A stretch of DNA of 61,977 bases, counting the filler, from Choristocarpus tenellus KU-1152 (Eukaryota > Protista > Phaeophyceae), in the NCBI GenBank assembly GCA_964200185.2. It is 6 parts of 6 records of this genome, joined end to end, with 100 filler letters (N's around TTAATTAATTAA, not from the genome) between each part and the next. Parts side by side here need not be neighbours in the genome. Positions count along the whole stretch, not along the records: positions 25,128 to 55,303 come from CAXNAD020000092.1; 5 more parts are not named here. One strand, written 5' to 3'. Shown here in pieces: positions 39,146 through 52,735 of the stretch. The position numbers and the translations under genes are program-made. Under the pieces are notes generated by a model. That model saw only the letters and a list, made by a program, of their open reading frames with translations. It was not told where the DNA came from and did no database searches. The first letter of the stretch is position 1. Every line of letters starts with the position of its first letter.

Positions 39146-41790
39146 AAATCATGTGCTTATTACAAAAGAATCTCGTCTTTTTCTTTTTCCTTTCATCATA
39201 TTACTAACAAAAATAATTAGGATATACTGTTTCTCATTTGATCTGCACAGACGCACATACTCTGAGACCACAGATAAATTATGGTACTTTCTCCGATTCG
39301 AAGGTGAAATCTGGAGGTTTGATTTGAAGCGTCAAACAGACATTCCACCTTGTAACATGGATAAGACTATGGGGTAATGGTAGTAGAATGTTAATAGCAG
39401 TGAACACTGCTAGTTTTGGAACATCTAAACGAAATAGGCGCCAAAATGAAAATATTGGGGTACTGGTAACTTACAAACTTCACCTTTTTTAATCCTCGAA
39501 ATTACTTCATATGTGAGGGGAGTTCGGAACCCTTCCTGTTCTATCACGTATGAATGTGTTACAATAAATGGAGGGCTGCCGCTGCGTGTATCAATCCCAT
39601 ACAGATTCCTACAATTGGCTGTGGTTTAGTTGGTACAATGTGATTTGCACGAAACTGTTGGCGGCCTTGATTCGTCAACGTCATTATATTTTTAGTGAGA
39701 AGTTCTAATATAGTAACATCATGTTGTGTGACGAACCTCTGCTTTCTTGGTCTGGTGTGCACATATTCCTACATGTGCTTTGAGTCAAAGTAGACGAGAG
39801 GTGCAGTGGTACAAAGATAGTTGAATCGCTTTGAGTTGCACTTTTTACTATTAAAAATAGACCCAGTTCTGCCATAAGCAGCCAGCCAGTCCAATCAGTC
39901 TCTGACACATTCATCTTGGCAGTGGAACAATTAAGCATGACATCATCAGTTGTCAACTCCACTAGAACAGCACCTTGTCCAAGAACTGTGGCTTGTGATC
40001 ATGTTACATTTAACTGCACAACACCAAAAGGACTGCCTGACTAGAAACACAATCACATTCCCGGTTCAAACAAGTGAATTGATCCTCCTCATAGTAATAT
40101 CCATTATTTCAAAAACTACAAAGCACAAGGCTAACACTTCCTGCTAAGAGATATAATTGAGGTTTTATGGTTTGGACATTTTTGTTAGTACACATGCAAA
40201 CAAATGAGTAGATTGATTATATATCTCAACTTCAATTATTCCCCCATTCTCATTAGTTTGGTGCTGTAGAAGATTTGCTACAACCAACCAGTTCTGGTTA
40301 CAGGGTCTTCAATAATGCTAAACAGCTTTGCAGAACAATTTAAGTCACTACACGGTGCCATAGATCCAATACCTCAATGTGCCACAAATCCTTGATGAGA
40401 AAACTTCTCAAGAACATTATAACTTTCAAGGGCTGTTCACCGGACAGGAAAATTGAAGGCATCCCCCATCCACTAATGTATCTCCCAATTATTTGACTTT
40501 CCCAATTCATGTCCACTAGTCCATATCCGTCAGTGGTGGGATGTGGTTAAATGTTCTTAACATGTCCAAACCAGCCAATTGACTAGGCTGAGTCTAGCAC
40601 TCTCCTGTATGTCCAGACCATGTTCACTACATATTGTGCTAGTCGAACAGTGAAAAATGTGCACATGTGCACATCAAAAAATTAAGAGTTGCACTCCACC
40701 ATGTGCATAATAGATAGTTTCTCTTTCAAACGGTGTCTGGACTTCATTGGTTGAAAAACATGAACATACAATACTAGAAGCAGATTTTGTTAATTTACGT
40801 ATTTACGTTTTACACAGTTGACTCTTCAAGTGTCACAAAGTACAGTTTATACTGTCAAAATATATCTTCAGGTCACAAATTACCTCAGTCACCCATACAC
40901 CAAACACACAACTATGTATTAGTACTCAACTTTGAAACTTCAAAAGTAAAAATAGAAATTATTGAACATATTATGTTCAGTACTTACAGCGGTAGTGTAG
41001 GACTCAAAATACAAGTAGAGTGCATGTTAAATCGGGAGGCATGGTCATAACATGGACGATCTGGGTGTAAAAAAAAAAAATGTTCCAACATGGCTAAGTC
41101 CATTACTGTCACTACTCAACACTATCGCAGCCACTGGCTGGCTACATAAACCAAATTCAGACATGACAATTAACCATTTCAATATGACTGGACCACCTCT
41201 GGTCATGTATGACCAAGTCCATGGTCATCAACCATTTCAACTTAAGGCTGTATGTCACATACAACCAACAATAAAAATGTTGTATATCCAGTCTGATGAA
41301 AAACCCTGGAATTTTTTTTCGAACATGCAGATGCTTGTTTGAAGTCAAAGCAAATACTTGTGAAACACCATATCCTTTTGAAGTATGCAGGTACTCCCTA
41401 AGCACTAAAATTTGACTACCATTGGGCTGAGTACGTAACAGAGGAGTCATGTCCACGACACAATTGTTGAAGCTTCCCTTCTCAAGCACATCTAACTAGA
41501 CGCCCTTAGAAGCTAAGCTGAAGTAGATAAAAAATTCTACAATTTTTTTTAAAGTGTAAGAGAAGAGGAAGTCTTCATTGTTGCAGTGAAGGCATAAACT
41601 CAATAGCGTGGTAGCATCTCAAGAAGAAGGTTCTTGTGTCACAAAACCATGATTTTGTGCCTAACAAGAGAAGTCTCACACAATATTGTAGATGAAAGTG
41701 GGAAAACATCAGCTTCATTGTCCCACATCAAATCATTGAACAGCAAGTGGTGCACTGGATGTGTTATTACTACTCTGCCAATACTGTTAT

Positions 41791-43115
41791 TCAGATACGA
41801 CTGGGGGTGGCATTCACAACAATGCCTGCCAGTTCTTTGAAGTCAAGAGAGTCCAATAGGTCCTTGGTATCTGGGTCAATCTCAATCTGCTCCTGCTCAA
41901 TTGCAGACACCTGCAAAAACAAAAAAGCAAGAATCACAAACATGTTTGTATTCTCATCGAAAACCCGACAGGGACACCAGTAATATCATCAGAGAACAGA
42001 GTACTTTTGCTTTCTTTCTTGACACAATCTATCATCTCGGATCAAAGTGCATTTCACTGACCACAAAGGCACAACATACTGCACAGGAGTAACCGTATCA
42101 TGTGTTATCAAAAGTACAACACAGAACATTTCAGGAAAAAACCAAAATAAATGAGGGCTTGAAAGAAGGCATCACACAGTTTACATTGAGCTTGATGATA
42201 TTTAATGTTGAAGAATTACATGGGTGACGGGGTTCACAAGGGAAATGACTAACAAATTTCAAATATAACGGAAAGTGACTAATATACCTATCCGCTTGCG
42301 ACACCTACCTTGTTACAACAATAAAGTTTTATAGGCAGCGATCAGTAGGAATTTGATCACGGAAAAATACTTCACACCCTTTACAAGAAGCAGTAAGTGT
42401 CTTTACTAGCTAATAATAACTGCATATGCTACCGTGCTTATCATGCCAAGTGTAGAATCAAGTGCATACTTGAATACACAATCACTATCCTGTAATACTT
42501 CAATACTCAAGTAAACTGCAGAGCAATTGCATCAGTTTTTTTTTTCCATACCCACACTCACCCTTCTAAAATATGAACAGAGGGTGGATGATTGGTCACA
42601 GTCAAATACAGCCAAAAACTAGTGTCCTCACCTCCGGCACAAAGTCCATACGTCGCTCGCGTTCCTCCTCCTGCAACTTGAGAGAGATTCCACGAACTGG
42701 ACCCCTCTGGATACGCTTCATCAAATGCGTGACAAAGCCAGCTATCTTGTTGCGCATACGCTTGGAGGGGATAATAGCAACCTCATCACACACGCGCTTG
42801 TTTGTGTGGAAGTCCATGGTAAGGCGAGAATAGTACTTCTCGATGATGGCTCGCGCCGACTTTTTGACGGTCTTTGTACGAACCCCCTGGGAACATAGCG
42901 ATCACATTTTTATTACAAAAGTTAAAACAGCGTCATTCGAAATGGCTGTAGTTTCAAAGGAGGTTTGTCAAGGGAGAGCACGTCCTTCTTGGCAGTAGTT
43001 CAGCGAAAGTAGCAGGAAGGCGAGGAGCAATGGCACGATAGACTCCTACAGCGGAAGAAGGCAGTCAATAGGCATGCAGCAGACTCTATTACCAGGACAA
43101 AAACGATTACGCCAT
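41791..43115 (-). CDS. RPS17: 40S ribosomal protein S17 (eS17)
   Basis: Exon 42886-42632 [85 protein letters not shown] and exon 41910-41791 [22 protein letters not shown]..stop. A tiny first exon probably starts at the ATG at 43115 (frame issue, see findings). Confidence 0.97.
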
Positions 43116-43865
43116 AGTAGCTTCTCCACTATGCCGAAAATGTATCTTCCACAATCCCTGATATGTTGACGGCCGTAACAGCACCTTTCCTTCGACATGG
43201 AACCAGTGCATTAGCGGTATCATTACCCTTCACCATCCGAGGTGACGAGATTAAGCCAACACCAAAGGTTTGCATTGGTTCACCACATAAAGCTCACCAC
43301 GCATCATTTGTGGGAGTTGGGCTAAATGGTACCAGGGTGGACTTTTAGGGATGACCCTATGCCGGTAAACGTCGATTCTCCCCACCATTCCATCAACTGC
43401 ACGGAATAACAGATCCTCTCTAGGATATAACAGGATACTATGGGTCTTCGATCAACTATATATATATGCCTACCACATCATCCACACAAACAACTATCCC
43501 TTCAAGGTCATATGGCAGCAAAATGCAGAGTATATGCAAGCTTACTCTGGCCTGCGCTGCTAAATGAATGCTCAATCAGCTTTACGAAAATGCAAAAATT
43601 ACGAATGGGGGCATTTGCTCACCATGATTTGACCGTAAAGGGGCACCAACCCTTCTTCCCCTAACTGTGTGAGGGTGTGAAGTCCAAGGCCACCCAAAAA
43701 AACTCTCTCAAATTTCACATACGTCAGACCGTAAGCTCAATATGGCCTAATCTTTCCACAAGAAAATATAGGGAGATGGACGTATCACACAAGATGTCAC
43801 AACATTTGTACTCCACCCTTTATTTATGGAGAAAAGGGTCCCCACCAACACCTCATTCCGCCCAG

Positions 43866-46800
43866 GGCTCAAGACTGAGACTGGAAAAGGGTCTAGACAC
43901 TTTGCACACACCTTGGAAAATGATACGGATCGAGCAGTGTCTGTGAAAGATCTTGTCAAGGTGAGGCATCTTCCATCTGAGGAGTGCAGACGCGTTCATT
44001 GAAACACACTATCAACCCTTGTACACAATTTCACCGCATGCTCCTAGGTGGTTGGTCGTATACAAGCCCTTCACGAAGATGCCCGGCTACTTGTTGCTGC
44101 AAAGTACTTGGCGAAGGTGGATGCCATCGTTGGCAATCCTGAAAATGGACACCGGAAGGAGGTGAAAGCTGCCAAGGTCCTGTTGGAGGGGGAGCTCAAA
44201 GAGTCCTTCCAAGAGCTCAGGACTCGGGCTGAAGAGTGTAGCTCGACCTTGCAGGAATGGGACGCGGTGAGACGTTGTCGGTGTGGGACTGCCGATATCC
44301 TGTAAACAGACAGTTGGCATGTTCAAGGCACTTCAACTAAAGTGTTCTATGCTAGTACTCTGTACGCCGCTTTGCCATTTTTTGTATCGCCTACTAGGGT
44401 ATCACACTGTGCAAGAGATAATATCGCGCATGATGCTGTTTGGAAAATATCTTTTTAATTCATAGCGCATCTAGACCACCATCGCAACACGAAGTTGAAC
44501 TGTCAACGGTGTCCACATTGTCTGCTATAGCTGGCCCTAGTCCGCTGACTGATGCACGCGTGTATGTCACGATGAAGGTGGATTGGAACATTGCACAAAC
44601 TTTCATGGGCATCACGACTTCTTTCAAGAATGATCCCAATGGGTCCCTGTGGGTGAAGATGAACGGCATTATGAAGGACGTGCAAGTAAGGCAGGAGACA
44701 ACTCAGTTCTAGCTCTATCACTGCTCCTGTATCCCTGCGAAGATGAGGTAGGACGAAGGGCAGAATGCTTATACCTGTTATTCTGAACTACTACTTGATG
44801 CTGAGCCTAAATTGGGACTTTCAGGTTTTCGACCAGCTGGCCACCGTTAGGGAGGTGGATCTTTTCGAGCTATGGATGCCTTTTTGCAACAAGTCGTATC
44901 TCCTTAAACGCCTGGGTAAAGTGGAGCTCCTTTCATACTTCAATGCAGCTATCCCGTGTCTAAGCAGGTTGGTCTTTGGCCGGAAGTGACCTCTTGGGGT
45001 TGATTCGTGCACCTCCTCTCAAATAACTTTTTTGGATGCCTCACCTGGTTGTGGGTTGAAAATGGTTCAGGGTCAAAACAAGTCGTTGAGTTCAATAATG
45101 TTCCTTCCTCCTCTCCCCTTCAAACAGGGACTGTGTGATGCATGTATATGCCTGTGACTGTGTCTTGGAGGACAACTGCGTACTGATTCAGGGACGCTCT
45201 GTCGAGAAGTGGCCAGGGGTAGAGTTCCCAGAGACAAAGGGATGGACCCATGCTCGCATGAGTGTTCCTGGTTTCAAGGCCAGGATAGAGATACTGTCAC
45301 CCACATCAGCCAGCACCTCCATTGTGGCCAACATTGACCCCAAGGCCCCACTCCCACAGTCTGTTATTAATTATGTGGTGAGCTTTTGGTAACACTTTGG
45401 GTGAGGGTGAGGTCATTCTCATTTGAAAATGTTTGTGAGCACTTAGATGTGAGGAAACTGTCTTGTGTGTGCATGTCTACAACCCAACTGTTCCAAGGCT
45501 GTTGACATGACAAAAAATTAAAGTCTGAAGGAGTTGTGAGTGGCTTGTGAGGGGTATAGTTGTTTTTGGAACTGTGAAATAGGATGGTATTTTCTAGCCT
45601 CAACAAAAGTTCCTCTTCTTAGTTGTTCCACTCTTTGTAAGAAGCAGCCTCTGCTTAGGAGGGGGACACCCTGAGCTTAAAAGATGGAGCGTGCATGTTG
45701 CTGTCCTTCAATTTTGACCCCCCCAGTGAACTAATGTGCTTTCAGATGAAGCGAGGGGCTGGTATGTTGCTCTACTTCCTTGTGAAGGCGGCCAAGCGCA
45801 TAAACTCGGAGGATAACAACCCACATTGGCATCGCATTCGAGAAGATGTTGAGTTTTACAGGGATTGGCTTATACCCCGTTTTGAGTACTACTATGAGAA
45901 GAAGGGATGGGACTTCATCCCTCCATCGCCATTCCCTCGAAGTGAGGGTGGGCAAACCATGGATGCTAGTATGCACAGCTTGTCTTCTCATCGAAGCCTC
46001 CTGCAGAGGCGACACTCAGACTTGTATCACCGCAGGGGAGGGGACAGCGAGTCAATTGACAAGCGCCGGACAGGAACACGAAAAAACTTGAAACGTTTGC
46101 TAAAAGGTGTTTCAAGAAAGCGTGAAAAGACAATGGAGCCCGTGGTGGACTCAAAGCCTCAGGTATGGCATGCCTTTTCTGGTTTGTGTATGGCGAAATG
46201 GAAGTGACAAAGCAATAGACACAGTGCAGTGCACTTGTTACCAGTTTGATTTTTAATGAGGTTTCCTCTGTCTTGGCCGCATTGTATTTTAGGTGTTCCT
46301 GAGCTCAATGAGCCTGGCATGCTTCCCACATTTTCCACCATACTTGATTCTTGTGGTCTGAGTTTAGCTATCCTAACTATGCAATACATGTATGTCTTCC
46401 TCACATTGGATTTGTTAAGGTGGAGGAGCTGGGCATTGATCCTCGCCTGGTTGAGAAGTGGAGGGCATGGAGCACACAGAATAAACTGGCAAAAAGAGTA
46501 AAAACCCCTGTGTATAGTAGGTGCCGGCCCACTCTGGTTTTGCTCTTCTGTCTCTTTGTATGGTGGTTCATATCTGCTTGGCAGGGTCTTTGGATCGTGG
46601 CTCACTCACTGCCTCTTGGAGTTGTGGCTGAAATGGCTGTGAGGGGCTTGGCCTTGCATGGTGTCTTGCTTCTTCTAGGCCACTATGCTTTTGAGGAGAA
46701 GCAGAGCAAACAGACTCGGGACCTGGGGACATTCTCTTCAGCCATGGAATTTTACATGATGTATGTGCGCAAGGGAAGTTTGTTTATGTCCTCCACTGTG

Positions 46801-46983
46801 ACCGTCTGGTCCATCCTAACAGCATCATGGCAAGTGTTTGTGGTGGACAGGATGTGGCGAGGCATGTTGGCTGAAGATTGTCGAGAATGGACAGGAATGG
46901 CATCTTTGGCAGCTCACAATGCACAGACTGTCGTAATTGTTGTTGTTGTTGTGGTCATCTTGCTCATCAAACTTTTTGTATAG
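43866..46983 (+). CDS. START/SRPBCC-like lipid-binding domain protein with C-terminal transmembrane helices
   Basis: Exons 43866-43960, 44048-44266, 44578-44685, 44825-44967 (VREVDLFELWMPFC), 45128-45377 (ANIDPKAPLPQSVINYV), 45746-46162 and 46420-46983 (about four hydrophobic segments). GT-AG phases are consistent; the start exon was not located. Confidence 0.78.
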
Positions 46984-49055
46984 CTATGTCTCAATTTTTT
47001 AATGTTTATCGTACAGACTATAATTATTATATCCTGTTGATATTGTTCATTCAGAACTAGTTCTTCACCGTATATCTATTCTTGTTTGTGGATCTATCCT
47101 TGTAGCTGCTCCTTTGTGCATGCCAGGGAATTAAATATAGCCAAAAAATTGACAGCATGCTGATTTTGGGGATGAATCGGAGATTTCCATCAACCAGATA
47201 TTGGGGGGATTAGCATTTTGGTATATGACATGCAAGGTGTATCACCAGAATACACAGTATGTGTACAATTCTTCAGACCATTGGTGTTTTCACAGTCACA
47301 CCATTCCACTGACTCTCATCACTTCTATATTTACTTTACTGATACACAGCCCCCTCGAACTTTGTGGAGTTGACTTTTCAGCGCAATTGTTCAAGTTAAA
47401 TTTCAGAGGTTGACATTCTAATTATACCTTCCCTTGGATCCTTTGTGGATTACATCTGTGTGTACTCCACCTTGATGCACCTGTTGTCAGTTACTGTGTT
47501 CATTGATTTCTCTTATATGTTGCTTCTTTATCGCTCATCACAACATCTGCAAACTGCCAGTAATAATATTAATGATGCATGCTTTGAAGTATGAGACTGG
47601 TGTGTCTTCTATAAAGGGGGTGCCTTGCACACTTAACAGGTTTTTGCAGAAAGTGGGTTGGACTTGTACCTTTTTTATTGGAAGGGTTTGGGTTGAGTAT
47701 TGGAAATAATGACCAATTTATCATCATTCAATTGATTTAATCAAACATCTATAGTAAGCTCAGTGCTTCGCGTATAATCCTGGAACAGGAGAGTATGCAA
47801 GGTACAGCCCTGAGGAGAGATGTTCCAACTCCAGAGAGAAAATGGTTATAAACCAGCTTCAACAACACATTGGAATGTTTGCAACACAATGTTACCACAT
47901 TCCCCTAAATTTTATGAACATAACCTACACATATTTTGGTTATAGTGTGACAATACTTACCATATGTTCCACCTGTTTTTGCCTCCACTGTCAAGGGTGG
48001 AATGTAACAATGCCTATTTTAAAACATCAAATTTTTGACCATAAAAAATACTTGAGCATAGTGGTGGGTAGGTGATACATACTGATTTCTATTGAATGGT
48101 TGGGGAGACGGGAGATCTGCAAGAACATTGCCAAAACACATCCATCACCTTGTGATAACTGAAATAGAGCACCATGGAGGAAACACAGAAACAAATTAGG
48201 TTTGTTGACCAGAGGAAAGTCTCCTTACCAGCTGTTTCTGATAATGGCAGTGCCTGATTGCCTCAAAGATTGCAAGAAGCTCCAGGCTTCGCAGTTACTG
48301 CACATTAACAACCACTCTGAAAGTGAAAACATACAGAGAAGTACTTCATTGCTCCTGAGGTCGACTCTGGTAAATAAAAGGCTGATTTGGAGAAGATGGA
48401 TGATGACCGAGGCTGCAGGTGGTGCTGGGCTCCTCTTCAGCCCGTGGGTTAATTAATGAGCAAGGTCAATGGAGGAGCAATTTCACTGTTAAGTTGGTGC
48501 AACAACAAACACCCTTTTTCTACTGCTGAGCACTAGTATGGGTAAGATGCTTTCATCTATAAGGTCACAACTATTCCTCATCACCATACCATTTCATCAC
48601 CTACTCCTCTCTCTGCTGGGCATCTTCACCAGTTTCCTCTTCATCATGATAATACTACTCCAGCACCATGGAACGCACACTGAAATCACCCATGTTCTTT
48701 GGCGATGACTCCTAATGGGGAACACCTTTAAAATAACCCTTGTGGGAATCTTGAGCTGCGTGACACTCAGGCCCACCACGTTCTGATTCAGAGCAGCTCC
48801 CCTCTCACCCATCTGTCACCACCACCCCCGCTACCCCCTCCAAATCTATGACGAATGCAATGATCAGCTGTTCGGCATGCTTCTTGCCACCTGACACGGA
48901 CCTGCCCAAGACCTTCTACATGGACTAACCTTAACCCCCTGCAATTCCCACGTCCACCAACACCCACACAGCCACCACATCCGTCACTACCTCTGCACTA
49001 CCCAATGGGTGGGGGCAGAATTCCAAAGGCCACTATTCCTACTGCTGCACTATAA

Positions 49056-49215
49056 TTCCCAAAAGCACTCTGACCTAAAGCCACTGCCTCTTCCACTCAG
49101 CCTTCCCAACCTTCCACATTCCAAACACCACCGACATTCCCCAAAGCACTCTGGCCTGAAGCCATTGCCACCTCCACTTACCTTACCAACCTTCCACATT
49201 CTTAAACAACCGACC
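49056..49215 (+). pseudogene. Decayed Ty1/copia integrase fragment, tandemly duplicated (~81-bp unit)
   Basis: 49137-49196 translates FPKALWPEAIATSTYLTNLP, matching the copia motif LP..LW.EA..TA.YL.NR. The upstream copy has an in-frame TGA. Confidence 0.7.
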
Positions 49216-50599
49216 TACCCAAAATGCATCAACCCCAGCCCCAGCTTCACCCAACCCACACTCATCATCAATATCCGCCTCAACCAACTACCTTTCCAAC
49301 ACCGTCAACCAACCATTACCTTAAGCCCAGTATCACCAGCCCAGGCCCTCGGAACTGCAACTCCTGACCACCGTGGGAATCAACCTGACTATGGACCCAA
49401 ATGGTTTTGTCTGTTGAAACCTGAATCGAAGGAGTTGTGCATTCGTGTGAAATGATAGTTTGTGAATCGAAGAGGTGTCATAGTGCTGCAAAGCACTGGT
49501 GGATTTGTTCTGTTGAAACTGAGGTCATTGCTCGCTCAGTCACAAGATGGATGATGTGAATTCAGTATCTTCCTTGATACACTCAAAGGAAGAAATGCAT
49601 ACTCGAAGACAAGGCTTGTTACCTTGGCGGACAAGGATTTCTTTGGATGTTCTAACTCTGAATATATGGCATCCAGGTGCGCATCAGGTACACTTAACGC
49701 AGAGTGATCTTGATGTCTTACGAGGGGGCAATGCCAATCAAGCAGAAATATTCATTAACAATAAACGTACAACTGGGGTCTTCTGCTGCTAAGAAGAGAA
49801 AGAAAAACAAAAACAAACAACGGAACAACAGAAAAGCTTGAATCAATATCTGATGTAAATCAAGTCACACATACTATGCTTGTGTGTGTGATGGGGAGCG
49901 ACTGTTGTGTTCTGCAGTGTTCTGCAGTGTTCTGAAGGTAATTGATGTTGTTATGATGAGCTAGTGAAAGTGGCGGCCAGTGTGTAACGGACCAATCAAC
50001 AGTCAGTATTGACTGGTGGTACTGTATCGTATCAAGAAAGACAAACGTGTAGCCTATGTTTTAACATTGTCACACTAGGGGTTCTGGTAGGGACAGATGA
50101 ATATATCTAAGCCCACATAATTGGGGTTATTGAGAGCTCAAGCTCATGAAAGTTGACCATGCCCCTGAGTTACATTAAGGATAATCAAGTTACGTGGCTC
50201 CTCAACTCCTGGTCCCTTTCTTCCCGTTTGGGTTGTTTGGCGAGGGTCGTTCCCCCCCAGTTGGCACGCTCCACCATAAAACAGACAACACCTCACTGTA
50301 GACTCTGGAGAAGAAAATAGAAATAGCAGACTCAGTCGGAGCCACTTTTTTTTTACGCAGGCTGTCAAAACGGGCCCCTTCGCCTGAAAACACAACAAGT
50401 ACAGGCACAGATGATCACATGTTCAGGGGGGTTAGGTCTGTCGTCCATGAGACACTGCCAACATGGAGCTTTTGTGGAATCGCTAGTGGCCACTCTCCCC
50501 ACCGTCCTAGTTACACAATGGAGACCTCGTGTAAAGGTTTTCTATTGGTCAAGGATGGGTAGACTGGGGAAGAACAACAACCCCAGCCCCTTTCTCGGA

Positions 50600-51560
50600 G
50601 GTCCACACTTTAGCACCACATGATGCCAGGACCATGAGGAGGGCATAGTACGAGATACCTGCCTCCTGAACAGGATCCGTTTTGACTCCTTCCGGACTCA
50701 ACTGGCAAAAACCTTCCAGAAGATGCAAAAGAACAAGGGGGGAAAAGTTCCGCGCTAACCCTTGCCCGCCATCAAACCCAGTGTGGACAAAGGTCAATGC
50801 ATGGGCCTCCACACAACCCCAGGAACCATCACGCCAGATTCCTCCCGTAGAAATTAGACTTGCTGCCAACAGATCTCTAGGGAGGGATAACACCCGATCC
50901 AACAGGTGCCTAGTGACCAGGCAGGAGGCATAATGTCGACACCAGACATCCTTGCATCTGCCGGGGCAGGAGAACAAGTATGCCAACACACACCAATGTT
51001 GAAACGCCTAGACCAACTCTGCAAGGGAATAGGCCTTGCACTACGGAGGATGGTAGCCCATTCACAGTGGACCGGAACTTTCACGTGGATGTGGTGTTTC
51101 ATGCTGGGGCATTTGTAAGAGTTGACTCAGCTCCCTATCGGGACGAATGCCTCCTCCTGGGTGTTGCCTCCGCAGTAGTCCAAGCAGTCTCCCATCTGCC
51201 TCACCCATTCACTGACAATGGAGTAGCTGCTGCTGCAGACAAGTCGTGAAAGTGCACCTACTTCGAGGGTTCTTTTGACCCACATAGTTGAAATCTAAAA
51301 GCCTTTGCAGTGAAACTTTGGGGACATTAGAAAGCAACCAGAGAGCTTCTTGGATGAGTTAGTCACATGCGCAGTAGGGGGGAGAAGGGCGGGAGGATAC
51401 TGTAGGAAAGGGGCTGCCAAGTCTCATTTGAGACAGATAGTGTCGTGGCTCTTTGAGATGCGACATGCTTTTCAAGCTAGAGACACCAGGCAGATGAGTA
51501 AGGAGGGGCCTGTCAGATTCGTGGGAAGCTTCCCTAGGCCCTCATCCACCTTTATAGGGC
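50600..51560 (+). pseudogene. Decayed 3' end of a non-LTR retrotransposon with restriction-like endonuclease (CRE/NeSL-like)
   Basis: Broken frames give PFTVDRNFHVDVV..YRDECLLLGV..GVAAAADKS*KCTYFEGSFDPHS*NLKAFAVKLWG..LLDELVTCAVGG. This is a degraded RxD..LLDV..K..Y..AVE..G RLE signature preceded by a Cys/His segment, with several stops and frameshifts. Confidence 0.7.
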
Positions 51561-52480
51561 TAAGCTAGGTTGAGGCATAGCAGCAATGTACACATTACTA
51601 TGTAGTTACCAACCTTCAAGGGAGCATTCTTGTATTGTTAGATTAAAATAATTCAAGGTAGTACATTTTTAGAGAGGTACATTTTGCACTAAAGACAACT
51701 GTTATTTTTGAAGGGGTCTTCGAAATATAGGTTTGGTTTTTCCGTTCCGTGAAAATGTTAGAGGGCATAGCAACATAAAAAATATTGTGGAGACTAGGTC
51801 TGAGGGACACCTCCAGTAGCACTTCTCAGGTTGATACTCTGACTACTGACTGACTGGCTGAGTGTCGTTCAGGTTTGGGGAATCCGAGAGACGTCTCCGG
51901 TGGCGCGTCTCAGATTGAGAGTTTCATCTACCCTCTTTCCTAGTTTCTGAGTCCAAGGACACCTTGAGTGGCACATTTCTGGTCGAGAGTACTGCCAACA
52001 GTTCTCGTCTTGATTCACTTACGCTGATCACTCATGGACTCTTCGTTGTAGCTCTTCTCAACAGTAGCATGGATTCTTGGTCCCACCTCTTGTCAGAACC
52101 ACTATGGATTCTTCGTTTCGGTTCTGGTCAGAATCTCGCAGATCCTCTTCAGCGACGCCTCTCGAATGACTCTTGTTTGTTTGGGGTCATCGTGGATGAC
52201 TCTCATTGGTTGGATCATGTTGCGAACTGTTCTAACTCAAGCGTCAGACTTGGGCTAGACCTGCGGCTATTTTCTTTCTGTTGGACTTGTCTGCGCGCAC
52301 CTTGTTGGAGCAGCTACCCCTACTATCTTGAGGTTGCCTTGACAGATCTCGGCTCATCGTATTCTCTTGTTTGCCTTGACCCTCTTTCTGTCCATCTGAT
52401 CATTGTCCCATCAACACGAACCAGTCAGTGCCTGTCATCACCACCCACTTTCAGAGATCCAAGTCATTCACACAATACAT

Positions 52481-52735
52481 GATTCAAAATAAATTAGAGG
52501 TACCCAGAGTTTCAAGGATGCTGGACATATGTGTAGAGTACGTCTATTTTTACAAATGCGTATATAATATTTTCTGAATCGTGTCAAAAAATTTCAAACA
52601 ATAATAGAGAAATCAACGTTTTCAAGTCAAACTTTGAACTTCATCCATGTTTCTGTGGATGAATTGCGAAAGGATAAAAAATGGCTTAAAATGCAAAACG
52701 GGCAATACCTGAGTACCTCTCGTTTACTTTGACTC
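52481..52735. mobile_element. 255-bp TIR element
   Basis: TIRs GATTCAAAATAAATTAGAGGTACCCAG and CTGAGTACCTCTCGTTTACTTTGACTC; CAT flanks both sides. Confidence 0.7.

Noticed and set aside
41911-42631. Possible intronic snoRNA in RPS17
   Set aside because: No convincing paired box C/D with terminal stem, or H/ACA structure, was seen; an Infernal/Rfam scan would be needed.
51964-52482. 172-aa ORF
   Set aside because: It has no ATG start, low-information L/S-rich composition and lies among TE debris.
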